Of a stretch of 64,000 nucleotides of DNA, positions 1 through 9,388 are shown in pieces. A program made the translations under genes and the position numbers. The DNA comes from a virus. The number at the start of each line of letters is the position of its first letter. Position 1 is the first letter of the stretch. The stretch covers positions 31,167-95,166 of IMG/VR virus record IMGVR_UViG_3300017991_000009; one strand, written 5' to 3'. The notes below the pieces were generated by a model. It saw nothing but the letters and a program-made list of their open reading frames with translations, searched no databases and was not told where the DNA came from.

Positions 1-1
1 A

Positions 2-610
2 GTCAAGCTGAAAGGTGCAGAGCAAAAGCCCGGGGCGGAGTTAGAGGACCAGCTACGCGCATCGCTCGGGCAGCCCACACTCCCTGGCGGGTTCGAGGTG
101 ACGTACAAAGGCCCAGGCCGATCCTTTGGTGCAGAGGGCAAGACCTTTCAGCGGGGCGTCACGGTGCAGATTGGTGACGTCAACCTTGCTGCACGCCTAA
201 CTAAGACGAAGGGGTTCCAGGTCATCATGTCGGGCAGGAAAGCGGAGGTGAAGGCTGGCCGCATCCTGACGATCTATGCGCGGCAGGAACACGCCCTGAT
301 GTTCCACGAGAACATGTTCGATGGCGGTATATCGTCAACGGAGGTGGATACCAAGGAGTTCATCGACAGCTACTTGATCTGCACTGTTGATGGGTTGGTG
401 GCCGAGGCTGCTGAGGTCCGCCCACCAACGAAGGAGGAGGCGAAGGAGCTAGAAGCTGAGGAACTCAACCAGGTGATGTCTGGCAAGGTCCCATACCGCA
501 AGAAGTTGGTCCCCAAGGGTAAGGGGAGGTGGGGCGTGCCCGAGCCCGAGAAAGAGTACGTGGTACCTGTTGAGATGCGGAACATGGGCCACAAGAAGGG
601 AGGATGGTGA
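2..610 (+). CDS. hypothetical protein, 5'-truncated by the window edge
   Basis: Frame is open from position 2 to the stop at 610; no recognisable motif. Confidence 0.6.
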   Translation, partial: VKLKGAEQKPGAELEDQLRASLGQPTLPGGFEVTYKGPGRSFGAEGKTFQRGVTVQIGDVNLAARLTKTKGFQVIMSGRKAEVKAGRILTIYARQEHALMFHENMFDGGISSTEVDTKEFIDSYLICTVDGLVAEAAEVRPPTKEEAKELEAEELNQVMSGKVPYRKKLVPKGKGRWGVPEPEKEYVVPVEMRNMGHKKGGW

Positions 611-885
611 TGCCGGATCGACCTGGCCCAGGTTTCGAGGAGGTGATCATATCCTCTGTCCGTATGACAGAAAACATCGTGACCTCGTACTGGCGCAGGT
701 TCTACGCTGGTGCAGCCTGCACACTTTGCGGTAACTCCGGTGTGATCGATAGTCGAGGGCGCGCGATGACCGCGGTTGGGGTGGCTGTCGGCAGGCTCAA
801 CTACTGCATTTGCCCTAATGGTATGGTGCTGCGCCGGAATAGGGCCAACCCGGAAGATCACTTGGACGAGCGGAGAAGAAGATGA
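604..885 (+). CDS. small Cys-rich (zinc-finger-like) hypothetical protein
   Basis: CTLCG and CICPNG motifs; overlaps neighbours in an operon-like way. Confidence 0.55.
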   Translation: MVMPDRPGPGFEEVIISSVRMTENIVTSYWRRFYAGAACTLCGNSGVIDSRGRAMTAVGVAVGRLNYCICPNGMVLRRNRANPEDHLDERRRR

Positions 886-1088
886 GCAGTAGAGACCCTG
901 TGTACCTGGATGAGTGTGAGTGCCTCAAAGAAACCGACAAGGCTCTCCTGGTGGAGATACCCGACCTGGGTGATGAGATCTGGATCCCCAAGTCCTGCGT
1001 GCATGATGACAGCGAGGTATACCGAGAAGACGACCGTGGCACGCTTGCCGTCGTACAGTGGTGGGCAGACCAAGAGGGGCTGGGATGA
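882..1088 (+). CDS. small phage hypothetical protein
   Basis: ETDKALLV...WIPKS pattern common in small phage proteins; ATGA coupling. Confidence 0.6.
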   Translation: MSSRDPVYLDECECLKETDKALLVEIPDLGDEIWIPKSCVHDDSEVYREDDRGTLAVVQWWADQEGLG

Positions 1089-1270
1089 GAGCCCGTTGGA
1101 TACGAGTGCAGGTATGGGCCTGCTCAAACTGCAAGGGCTTGATCCACCTCCCTGAAGGCGAGGACCCCATGACGGTGTGCCCCACGTGCCGGCGCTGCGG
1201 TACAGTGATGAGGGAGACCTCCCAGCTATACAGCGATAGCAGCACCAAGAAGAAGTGGGGGCACTCATGA
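1085..1270 (+). CDS. zinc-ribbon protein
   Basis: CSNC and CPTCRRCG; ATGA coupling on both sides. Confidence 0.55.
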   Translation: MRARWIRVQVWACSNCKGLIHLPEGEDPMTVCPTCRRCGTVMRETSQLYSDSSTKKKWGHS

Positions 1271-2418
1271 GGATCGCGGCGATCGGAGACCTCCACCTCG
1301 GTCGTGCTCTGTACGGGTACGACCTGACCCCTCATGTCAGGGACAAGATGTATCGGTTCTTTGACCTGTGCGTCAACAAGGATGTGAGGACCGCTGTCGT
1401 GCTGGGTGACGTATTCGATCGCCCGACGCCTCCCGAGCACCTCCGCAAGATGGTGGTGCAGTGGTTCAACGAGTTCGAGAGGGCCCGTATCAACCTGTTC
1501 GTGCTGGTTGGGAACCACGATGTGATGAGCAACCCAGAGTCACCGTCTGCCCTCGAGTCGTTGCGGGTGGTGGACTGGGACTATGTGCAGGTGGTGGATC
1601 GCCCCATCCAGTTCCTGCGCCGGCTGTTCTTCGTACCGTTCCCTTCTCCTGGCCTGTACGAGACGATAGACGAGTGGTTTGGGGAAGTAGCAGATGTGCA
1701 GGAGGTCCTCAAGCCCGGCGCTGTAGCTTTCACTCACCTGGGCGTGGAGGGCGCGAAGGTGGGAGAGCAGGAGTTCCCATACCGAGGCAGCGACTACAAC
1801 ATCCCAGAGGTGATGTTGACCGACGACCATATCGAGAAGATCGTGTGCGGGCACGTGCACAAGCCCCAGGATGTGGGCAAGGTGGTCATCTCTGGTGCGG
1901 CCGAGCGGTTGCGGTTCGATGAGCGAGGAGATCGCCGTGCGTTCATCCTGATCAACTTGCAGCGCCGGCTCACTGTGGCCAGGGTGCCATACGGCTCGAA
2001 GGCCCTCACGCTGCGCCAGATAGAGCTTGACGCATCAGGCTGGGCTCATGGCGGCACACCGCCGACCACCCAGGAGATGATCACCACGATAGGCCCCACC
2101 GATGTTCGGCAGGCGATCGTGAAGGTGCGGCCCTTCGTTGATGAGTACAGCACTGTGGACTGGTCTGTTATCGAGGCTGAGTTCTATCGGAAGCAGGCCC
2201 TCATGGTGTTCGTCGCTCCACCCATTAGGACAAAGCGGGAGCGAAAGCAGAAGCACGAGACCAAGGCTACCTCGTCGAAGGTAACCGCTCAGCGGTTCAT
2301 CAGGGCGCGGATAGCCGACAAGAACGAGCGTGTGCGTGTCACGCGGTTGTTCGAGAACTTGCGGAAGCGGATAGAGGATGATGGCAAAAGTGAAAGTAGT
2401 ATTCCAGGTGTGGGATGA
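1267..2418 (+). CDS. sbcD: SbcD/Mre11-like metallophosphoesterase nuclease subunit
   Basis: GDLHLG, GDVFD, GNHD, FTH and GHVH phosphoesterase motifs; SbcC-like gene nearby. Confidence 0.9.
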   Translation: MRIAAIGDLHLGRALYGYDLTPHVRDKMYRFFDLCVNKDVRTAVVLGDVFDRPTPPEHLRKMVVQWFNEFERARINLFVLVGNHDVMSNPESPSALESLRVVDWDYVQVVDRPIQFLRRLFFVPFPSPGLYETIDEWFGEVADVQEVLKPGAVAFTHLGVEGAKVGEQEFPYRGSDYNIPEVMLTDDHIEKIVCGHVHKPQDVGKVVISGAAERLRFDERGDRRAFILINLQRRLTVARVPYGSKALTLRQIELDASGWAHGGTPPTTQEMITTIGPTDVRQAIVKVRPFVDEYSTVDWSVIEAEFYRKQALMVFVAPPIRTKRERKQKHETKATSSKVTAQRFIRARIADKNERVRVTRLFENLRKRIEDDGKSESSIPGVG

Positions 2419-2626
2419 TCGAACCAAGCTCATCGACGTGAGCGAGGAGATCGAGGTATCCCCAATTAGGCTGGCCGGTCAGGTTACCCGGTGGCAAGCA
2501 ATCGCTACTATCGATAAGGAGGCGGGTGACGATCATCTTGTCGGTGTTGGTTACCGGCCTGTTAAAGCAATCACTAGTTGGTTGGACGAAAAAGTTACGG
2601 CGAAGGTGCGATCATGCCTGCAGTGA
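2381..2626 (+). CDS. hypothetical protein
   Basis: GAGG RBS; fills the gap between flanking genes. Confidence 0.5.
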   Translation: MAKVKVVFQVWDDRTKLIDVSEEIEVSPIRLAGQVTRWQAIATIDKEAGDDHLVGVGYRPVKAITSWLDEKVTAKVRSCLQ

Positions 2627-3093
2627 GAATCAAGCATAGGGATGTCACCGCGGCCCGTGACCAACTCTACGACGAGATCTTGGATGAGGGGTGCTACTGC
2701 CCCTGCTGTGATCGGTACGCACGGGCCTACGCCAGGGCAATCAACCACACGATGGCGCGGGCTCTAATCTGGTTGTGCAGGGAGTACCGGCGCACGGGTG
2801 AATGGGTCGACGTGCCGAAGACCGCGCCGCGGTGGCTAGTTAGGTCCAACCAGCTTCCTACCTTGAAGTATTGGGGCTTGGTGCAGCGGAAGCCCAACAA
2901 CGACCCTGCCAAGAAGTGTAGTGGGCTATGGCGCCCTACTCCGCGTGGCCGCAGGTTCGCTGGGAGCAGGATCAGGCTGAGGAAGAAAGCATTGGTCTAC
3001 AACGATCGCGTGCTTGAGTACCAGGGAGAGTTTATCTCGGTTGTCGATGCACTTGCACACCACTTCGACTACCGCGAGTTGTGGGAGGGGTAG
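2614..3093 (+). CDS. phage winged-helix-like DNA-binding protein with CPCC motif
   Basis: CPCC...LKYWGLV...GLWRPTPRG pattern seen in phage wHTH-like proteins. Confidence 0.55.
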   Translation: MPAVRIKHRDVTAARDQLYDEILDEGCYCPCCDRYARAYARAINHTMARALIWLCREYRRTGEWVDVPKTAPRWLVRSNQLPTLKYWGLVQRKPNNDPAKKCSGLWRPTPRGRRFAGSRIRLRKKALVYNDRVLEYQGEFISVVDALAHHFDYRELWEG

Positions 3094-4875
3094 ATGATCG
3101 TCGAGTCACTGGCACTGAAGAACTTCCTCGGGTACCGGCGTCAACTTTCCCTGCAGCTAGGCGACAAGTCAGCAATTGGGATTGTTGGTGGCAACGAATC
3201 CGGAAAATCGAGCATCTTGCAGGCGGTGTCCTACGGTATCTACGGCCGCACTCGTGCGGAGCGTGAGCTACAACTGATCAACGACAACGCCCGCAGCGAT
3301 CTTCTGGTGGAGATATGCTTGCGCTTTGCTGACGCCACTACCCTCGATATCACCAGGGGCCGCAGCAAGAAGAACGAGCGTATACTCAGGGTGGGGCAGT
3401 TGAAGGGTGACGAGGCGCAAGAGGCCATCGCTGAGAAGGTAGGCGTGTGCTACGACGACTTCATCGCCCTTTCGTATTTCATGCAAGGGGACATCCACCA
3501 ATTCATGACGGGGAACAAGCGGGCCTACTTTCAACGGTGGACCTCAAGCTTGCGGTATTGGGATGCTCTAGCAGAAGAGGCGAAGGCCTGGGCCGGGGAC
3601 GTGGAGGCAAAGCGCCACCTGCTGCAGGTGAAGATCGATAACGCCCGAGATACGATAAACTCAGCGAAGGACCTGCGGCGGAAGGTTGAACTGGCGGCCG
3701 ACGCGGTGGCCAAGTATGAGGAGCAGGTGCGTATCAGGACGGAGCAGGTAGCCACGCTCCAGGTGCAGATGAAGGAGGAGAAGGGCACCTCGGACCTGGA
3801 CGAAGAGTTGGCCCGACTGCAGAGTGACCTAGGTGACTACCACGACCAGGAGCGTGACCTCTCTCACCGTATCACTAGGAGGAGACAGGAAGCAAAGGAG
3901 ATCAGTACCGGTAAGTGCCCCCTGCTCGGCTGTTACTGTAAGCCGCTTGAGGCGAAAGGTGTGAAGGCTAGGGAAGAGACCGACAAGGAGGTCAAGCAAT
4001 TGGTTCGCCGGCGGCGATCTATGAAGGAGAAGGTCGCGGCTATACGAGAACGTGTGGACGCACTCGAGGAGAGGGTGGAGCGGCAAGGGCGACCTCTCCG
4101 CGGCATACAGACCGCCTTAGCAGAAGCCCGCAGCCAACTTAGGACAGTGCAGGAAGCGCTCAACCGCGCCCTGCAGTATCAGGCGACGGCCAAGGTTAGA
4201 TACGAAGAGGTAGGCAAGGCTAAGGCCCTGTTGAACCGGGCGAAGAAGGAAGACGCGGCGTGGGCTATAAAACTCCGCCGGTTGAACTTTCTCCGATTCA
4301 TGTGCGGTAAGTCTGGTGTACCTGCCCAACTTATCGAGGAGGAACTAGAGAGAGTTGAGGACAAGTGTAACTGGGTTCTAGACCGGCTTGACTACCCAAA
4401 GCAGATCAAGTTCAGCGCCTTTAAGGAGCTTGCAAAGTATGAGGCGGTGTGCCCGTCTTGTGGTGGGGAGGTCTGGCGTGGCGGGTTATGCAAGGGATGC
4501 GGTAACGCCCGGCCCCGCGCTCGAAGGGAGGAGCCCACCGTCACCGTCATCGATGGAGGCGTGACGCGCCCTTTTGCCCTTGAAAGTGGGGGCGCCCAGG
4601 TATTACAGTCGTTCGCTGTTCGTCTTGCGGGTAGCCTCTTCGTAGCATCCATGATGGGAGTGAAGGTCAGCTTGGTGATGCTCGACGAGGTGTTTGCAAT
4701 GCTGGACGCGAGCAACAGGCAGAAGCTAATGAGTCTGGTGATAGATAAGTTGAAGTCTGAGTTTGGGTTGAAGCAACAGTTAATTGTGAGCCACCAGGAA
4801 GATGTCATCAGCACAGTGGAGCACCTCCTGGTGGTGCGCAGGGAGCGAGGTGGCTCCGTAGCAACGTGGGCATGA
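3094..4875 (+). CDS. sbcC: SbcC/Rad50-like SMC ATPase
   Basis: Walker A GGNESGKS, Q-loop FMQG, coiled coil with central Cys hook, signature ESGG, Walker B MLDEVF, H-loop VSH. Confidence 0.92.
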   Translation: MIVESLALKNFLGYRRQLSLQLGDKSAIGIVGGNESGKSSILQAVSYGIYGRTRAERELQLINDNARSDLLVEICLRFADATTLDITRGRSKKNERILRVGQLKGDEAQEAIAEKVGVCYDDFIALSYFMQGDIHQFMTGNKRAYFQRWTSSLRYWDALAEEAKAWAGDVEAKRHLLQVKIDNARDTINSAKDLRRKVELAADAVAKYEEQVRIRTEQVATLQVQMKEEKGTSDLDEELARLQSDLGDYHDQERDLSHRITRRRQEAKEISTGKCPLLGCYCKPLEAKGVKAREETDKEVKQLVRRRRSMKEKVAAIRERVDALEERVERQGRPLRGIQTALAEARSQLRTVQEALNRALQYQATAKVRYEEVGKAKALLNRAKKEDAAWAIKLRRLNFLRFMCGKSGVPAQLIEEELERVEDKCNWVLDRLDYPKQIKFSAFKELAKYEAVCPSCGGEVWRGGLCKGCGNARPRARREEPTVTVIDGGVTRPFALESGGAQVLQSFAVRLAGSLFVASMMGVKVSLVMLDEVFAMLDASNRQKLMSLVIDKLKSEFGLKQQLIVSHQEDVISTVEHLLVVRRERGGSVATWA

Positions 4876-4894
4876 AAGCCCAAGGAGGAATCCA

Positions 4895-6262
4895 ATGGAA
4901 GCGAACGTGAAGGTAGTACTGCTCGATCCCAAGTCGATCAAGGTAGGCTGGCGGGTCAGGAAAGACTACGGCGATCTGAAGGAGCTTGCCGACTCTATCA
5001 GCGAAATAGGCCAGCTACAGCCCGCGGTGGTCAGGCAGAACGCAAAAGGTGAGTATGTGATTATCGCCGGCCTGCGGCGGGTCAGGGCTTGCCGGATGTT
5101 GGGCATCAAGGTCCGCGTGACGGTGATGGCTCCCGAGAGCGAGGAGCACAACCTGGTCATGCAGTTGGCCGAGAACGTCAAGCGGAAGGGCTTCGATAAG
5201 CTCGAGGTGGCCGAGGGTCTCAAGAGGTACCAGCGGGTGTACGCGAAGATGCACCCAGAGACGGCGTCTGGGGCCACCGGCCGCGGCCGGGCGAAGTCCA
5301 AGGATGCGGCGCCGCGCTTCACCCTGGTGGCGGCGAGGCAACTCGGCGTGTCCGAAACGGTGGTGATGGACCTCATGGGGATCGCCAATCTGCCAGCGGA
5401 CGAGAAGAAGGAGGTAGAGAAGGCCAGCACTACCAGGGAGCGCAACGTCGCCGCTACCAAGGCCCTCAGCAAGGTCAGGTACACCCGCAAGGTGCAAAAG
5501 CTGGAGGATGAGGGTGAGAAGAAGGCCAAGGCGCGAGCAAAGAAGGCCAAGGCGAAGGGTAAGCCCGCGCCGAAGGCCCCTCCCGTGTCCTTCTTCCTGG
5601 GTGCGTGGGAGGGCAAGATCAAAGACCTCGAACCGGAGTCGGTTGACCTTGTGCTCACTGATCCTCAGTACAACCTCGAACGGAGTTTGATTGCTCACGC
5701 GGAGCGGTCAAGCATCAACGAGGATGTAGACTGGGACAAGTTGGACGTTGGGTGGGTGTCGGCCATTGCCGATTCTGGCGTGCTTGCAAAGAACTCGACT
5801 ATCGTTGCTCACTGTCCCCTGGAGGCAATCGGAGACTACAAGTGGGTGATGGGGAAGGCGGGGCTGAAGTATCGCGGTGCACTCATCTGGCACAAGACAA
5901 ACCCCGGCACCGCGCACCGTAACACCTACTTGTCCTCTTGCGAGGCTATCGTGTGGGCCACCAAGGGCAAGGGAGGTACCTTTGTTCCCTTCAGCAACGC
6001 GGGAGTGAAGGACGCCCACAACTTCATCGAGGGGCCGATCTGCGGCGGTAACGAGAGGCTGAAACACCCTGCCCAGAAGCCGCTGTGGTTGATTCGCAAG
6101 CTCCTCAAGCGCCACTCTCAGAAGGGCGATGTGGTGCTTGATCTCTTTGCTGGCACGGGGACGACCTTGGTTGCTTGCAGGGAGATGAAGTTGCAGTGCA
6201 TCGGGATCGAGAAGTCCCGCAAGTACGCCCGGCTCCTGCGGGCGCGACTCGAGGTGATGTAG
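4895..6262 (+). CDS. ParB/Srx N-terminal domain fused to a beta-class N4/N6 DNA methyltransferase
   Basis: SISEIGQLQP, IAGLRRVRA, ENVKRK (ParB); TDPQY, HPAQKP, DLFAGTGT (MTase motif IV before motif I). Confidence 0.85.
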   Translation: MEANVKVVLLDPKSIKVGWRVRKDYGDLKELADSISEIGQLQPAVVRQNAKGEYVIIAGLRRVRACRMLGIKVRVTVMAPESEEHNLVMQLAENVKRKGFDKLEVAEGLKRYQRVYAKMHPETASGATGRGRAKSKDAAPRFTLVAARQLGVSETVVMDLMGIANLPADEKKEVEKASTTRERNVAATKALSKVRYTRKVQKLEDEGEKKAKARAKKAKAKGKPAPKAPPVSFFLGAWEGKIKDLEPESVDLVLTDPQYNLERSLIAHAERSSINEDVDWDKLDVGWVSAIADSGVLAKNSTIVAHCPLEAIGDYKWVMGKAGLKYRGALIWHKTNPGTAHRNTYLSSCEAIVWATKGKGGTFVPFSNAGVKDAHNFIEGPICGGNERLKHPAQKPLWLIRKLLKRHSQKGDVVLDLFAGTGTTLVACREMKLQCIGIEKSRKYARLLRARLEVM

Positions 6263-6263
6263 G

Positions 6264-6488
6264 GTGGATAGTATCGACGAGATCTTGGCCCAAATGAGGG
6301 CTGGGATCATCACGGTAGACGATATGCCTGCAGGTGTCTTGATCATTGAGAATTACTTGATGATCAATGTCGGTGGGCCTTCACCTGATTGGGTGAACGA
6401 GCTTGCCGCGTCACCTGTAGGCGAACGTCTCCTCCGCCGGATACTCGCCGGCATCGTGAGAAGGAGCAAGGTGACAGGTGCATACTAG
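6264..6488 (+). CDS. hypothetical protein
   Basis: ORF fills the gap between coupled genes. Confidence 0.45.
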   Translation: MDSIDEILAQMRAGIITVDDMPAGVLIIENYLMINVGGPSPDWVNELAASPVGERLLRRILAGIVRRSKVTGAY

Positions 6489-7260
6489 GATTATACGCAA
6501 CGTCGTTACACTAAGGAGACCAACAGCGATAGTTGGGATTGACCCGTCTCTCCGCGGCCACGCCATGGCGCTTGTCCTCAACGACCGAGTGAAGGCGGTT
6601 ATGGGGTGGACTGACAAGAAGACGTTACAGAGGAGGAACCCCGACACGCTCTGTTGGTTCAAGATGAGGGTGAACACGGACAGGGATCAGCAACACAGGT
6701 GCGCCCTCCTGTCCCGTTGGACGATCGCTAACATCGCCGAGCTAGTCGGCGACTGTGTGGTGCACGTTGCGATGGAGGGTTACGCCTTCTCTAAGAACGA
6801 CCGAGGGAACACCGGCATCCACGAGTTGTGTGGTGCGATCAAGCTGGGGCTATGGCACATGGGCATCCCTCTCCGAATCTACGACCCCTTGTCGGTCAAG
6901 TTGGCCTGGACCAACAACGGCCACGCAGACAAGGAAGAGATGAAGGAGGCATGCCTCAAGCTGTTCGGTTGGGACTTCGAGCGGCAGGGCTCCGCCGGCG
7001 CGGACCTGGCCGACGCGGTGTTGATAGCCAACTTACTGCACGTGGAGCTAGAAGTGAGGGCAGGGAGGATTCAACTAGAAGAACTGCGGCCGAGCCTCAG
7101 ACGGGTGCTACTCCGGGTTACCAAGAGTGAGCCCGAGGCGTTGATCACGCGGCCGTTTATCCATCCTGATGAAGTGGAACCCCCCGCGCCGATCTTGGGC
7201 GGGCCGGCCGAAAGTCGACTGCTAGGGCCAAGCTTTGGTACGATACCTGGCAGGAGGTAA
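6478..7260 (+). CDS. RuvC-like Holliday junction resolvase
   Basis: IVGIDPS, AMEGYAF, ADKEEM and DLADA acidic RNase H-fold motifs. Confidence 0.8.
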   Translation: MHTRIIRNVVTLRRPTAIVGIDPSLRGHAMALVLNDRVKAVMGWTDKKTLQRRNPDTLCWFKMRVNTDRDQQHRCALLSRWTIANIAELVGDCVVHVAMEGYAFSKNDRGNTGIHELCGAIKLGLWHMGIPLRIYDPLSVKLAWTNNGHADKEEMKEACLKLFGWDFERQGSAGADLADAVLIANLLHVELEVRAGRIQLEELRPSLRRVLLRVTKSEPEALITRPFIHPDEVEPPAPILGGPAESRLLGPSFGTIPGRR

Positions 7261-7267
7261 CAAGGCC

Positions 7268-7669
7268 ATGCAAGTGATAGCAGGTGACCGTACAAACATG
7301 CACCAAGAGATGGTGCGGAGCGGAGTACACGAGATGACTCAGGCAGAAGGAGCGTCGAGACTGAGGGGCTTACTCCTTGATGTAGTGAAGGAGTTGGTAG
7401 ACAGGCCCGACAAAGTGGAGGTCACGCAGACCGTGTCCGACGGTGGCAACACAGTAGTGCTCACCGTTCGCACGGCCGATGGCGAGGTCGGGAAGGTGAT
7501 CGGCCGCGGCGGTCGCAACGCGCAGGCTCTCCGTATCCTGTTCGAGGCGATTGCCGCCAAGTACAAGCAACGTGTGGTGCTCGAGATCGCTGACTCAGAC
7601 AATCCCCGCAGAAGGAGAAACAATGGATCGAAAGGCTCTAGAGGGCGCAATTCAGTGCGCGGTTCGTAG
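7268..7669 (+). CDS. khpA: KhpA/YlqC-like KH-domain RNA-binding protein (alternative start 7334)
   Basis: LVDRPDKVEV...GKVIGRGGRNAQALR...VVLEI, with the KH GxxG loop. Confidence 0.85.
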   Translation: MQVIAGDRTNMHQEMVRSGVHEMTQAEGASRLRGLLLDVVKELVDRPDKVEVTQTVSDGGNTVVLTVRTADGEVGKVIGRGGRNAQALRILFEAIAAKYKQRVVLEIADSDNPRRRRNNGSKGSRGRNSVRGS

Positions 7670-8417
7670 CGGTATCTTCGTCGACAAGCGAGACGAGATG
7701 CCTAGGGGTAAGGGCGCATGGCCCGAGCGGGAGTGCGAGGATATTCTCGGCCAGTGTGCGCACCAAAACGGGTCGGCTAACTTCAACCGCCCCAAAGACA
7801 CCGCTGGATACCATACCGGTGAGGACAACCACATTACCCCTGGCACGGGGTTGCCCACGACCGTCTATCACATGATGTTTCCTGACCTGCCAGGTCCAGG
7901 GTGGTTGGTCACTGACCTGCTTGCCCGTACCTATGGCCAGGGAGCCAGTGACAGAGGTGGCTACCCCGGAGATGAGAACACCCACTTGATCGCAATGCTG
8001 ATCATGGGTGGGTACAAAGGCCCTGGGTACAAGGGCTACAAAGACAGGCCATCACCACACCAGATGTCAAACTTTTGGAAAGCCACTGCGTGGCTGCAAC
8101 ACGTATTCGGTTACGGTGATGAAGGTCTGTTCGGGCACTACCACTTCGGCAAGTCGGCATGCCCTGGTTATTACGTGATGGACAAGATTGAGGGCAAGCG
8201 AGCCGAAGCACCTGACCTCAAGACGGATAAGGACTGGCAGGAGTCCCTGTTGCGGTGGGATGCTGATTGCCTGCCGCAGTTTGGTGCGGACGGCTGGTGG
8301 GGCAATGAAAGCAAGGCTGCCCTGCGACGATTCCAGTGCGCGATGAAGTTGCGGCAAACCGCATTGCAGGACCCCTTTTCAGAACTCGTGCTGTTAAAGA
8401 ACTACCCACCTAATTAG
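7623..8417 (+). CDS. endolysin-like N-acetylmuramoyl-L-alanine amidase with C-terminal peptidoglycan-binding domain
   Basis: AHQ, YH and GHYHFGKSACPG amidase_2 Zn ligands; ADGWWGNESKAALRRFQ PG-binding motif; AGGAG RBS. Confidence 0.75.
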   Translation: MDRKALEGAIQCAVRSGIFVDKRDEMPRGKGAWPERECEDILGQCAHQNGSANFNRPKDTAGYHTGEDNHITPGTGLPTTVYHMMFPDLPGPGWLVTDLLARTYGQGASDRGGYPGDENTHLIAMLIMGGYKGPGYKGYKDRPSPHQMSNFWKATAWLQHVFGYGDEGLFGHYHFGKSACPGYYVMDKIEGKRAEAPDLKTDKDWQESLLRWDADCLPQFGADGWWGNESKAALRRFQCAMKLRQTALQDPFSELVLLKNYPPN

Positions 8418-8436
8418 TGGGGTGAGGAGGTGTGTT

Positions 8437-8892
8437 ATGCAGGATACTAATGTTCAGCCACTTAGAGTTTCTCACCACATGGACGGAGTTGTGAGGTCAG
8501 CCGATAGGCTATCAGACCTCGGCTTTTTGGAACGGCTGGTGAGGAAGGCGGCGAAAGCGGCTAACATGCGTGTCCTCAACATGACTACCTCTTGTATTGA
8601 GGAAGACCTCGCTAAGTTACGGATCACGCCCTTCGCGGATGAGGGAGGGTATTCAATCCTTTGTCTCATCTCTACCTCTCACATCGCACTTCACGTTTGG
8701 CCAGCCCGGCGGTGTTTCATGTTTGATGCCGTTAGCTGCCGGCCCTTTGAGCCGAAGGACGTGCATGATTTGATCAAGCGAGAACTGGAAGTGACTGGGA
8801 TAAGTTACTGCGAAACCTACAGAGGGGATTATGAGTATCGTGATCGTTCGCCTGCTGTTGACGTTGGCGCTTGGCGACCCAGCGGGACTTAA
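8437..8892 (+). CDS. speD: S-adenosylmethionine decarboxylase-like pyruvoyl proenzyme
   Basis: GGYS...ISTSHIALHVWP...DAVSC matches the prokaryotic AdoMetDC fold (T|SH rather than E|SH). Confidence 0.8.
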   Translation: MQDTNVQPLRVSHHMDGVVRSADRLSDLGFLERLVRKAAKAANMRVLNMTTSCIEEDLAKLRITPFADEGGYSILCLISTSHIALHVWPARRCFMFDAVSCRPFEPKDVHDLIKRELEVTGISYCETYRGDYEYRDRSPAVDVGAWRPSGT

Positions 8893-9388
8893 CGCCGTCC
8901 ACGTAGATAAAGGTATCGCGTCACTCTACCGGCCGTGGAAGAAGAGTCGGTGGGTGCCATATGCGCGCTACCCAGGTAACTGGGGCGTCAAGCCCACGCC
9001 TCAAGATCTGGTGTGCGCTCACCGAACTCTACCCTTCGGTACGATTCTTAGACTGACGACAAGCAAGGGATCACCACCGGCTGTTTGCGTGGTGCTCGAT
9101 CGCGGGCCTTTCGGCTACTGCTTACGAAAGCAGGGAAGCGGGGTGAAGTACTCGCCGCAGTGCCCGCGAGGATATCAGTATGTCGTGGCCGCTGGCGGTA
9201 AGGCTACGGTGCGAAAGTGGGAGAAGAAGGATGGATTCTATCGAGGAATAATAGATGCTACACCAGCAGTGCATAAGTTAATGAGGTCAAAAGGGTGGAC
9301 AGTCGTTCGAGTAGACAGACTCACCGGATTAGGAAGGTGGATGCACGTGCTAAGGCTGACAGACTTAGAACCAGACTTGTTCCTGTAG
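8831..9388 (+). CDS. RlpA-like double-psi beta-barrel (lytic transglycosylase-like) exported protein
   Basis: Hydrophobic N-terminus; ASLY, AHRTLPFGT, VLDRGPF, IID motifs. Confidence 0.8.
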   Translation: MSIVIVRLLLTLALGDPAGLNAVHVDKGIASLYRPWKKSRWVPYARYPGNWGVKPTPQDLVCAHRTLPFGTILRLTTSKGSPPAVCVVLDRGPFGYCLRKQGSGVKYSPQCPRGYQYVVAAGGKATVRKWEKKDGFYRGIIDATPAVHKLMRSKGWTVVRVDRLTGLGRWMHVLRLTDLEPDLFL

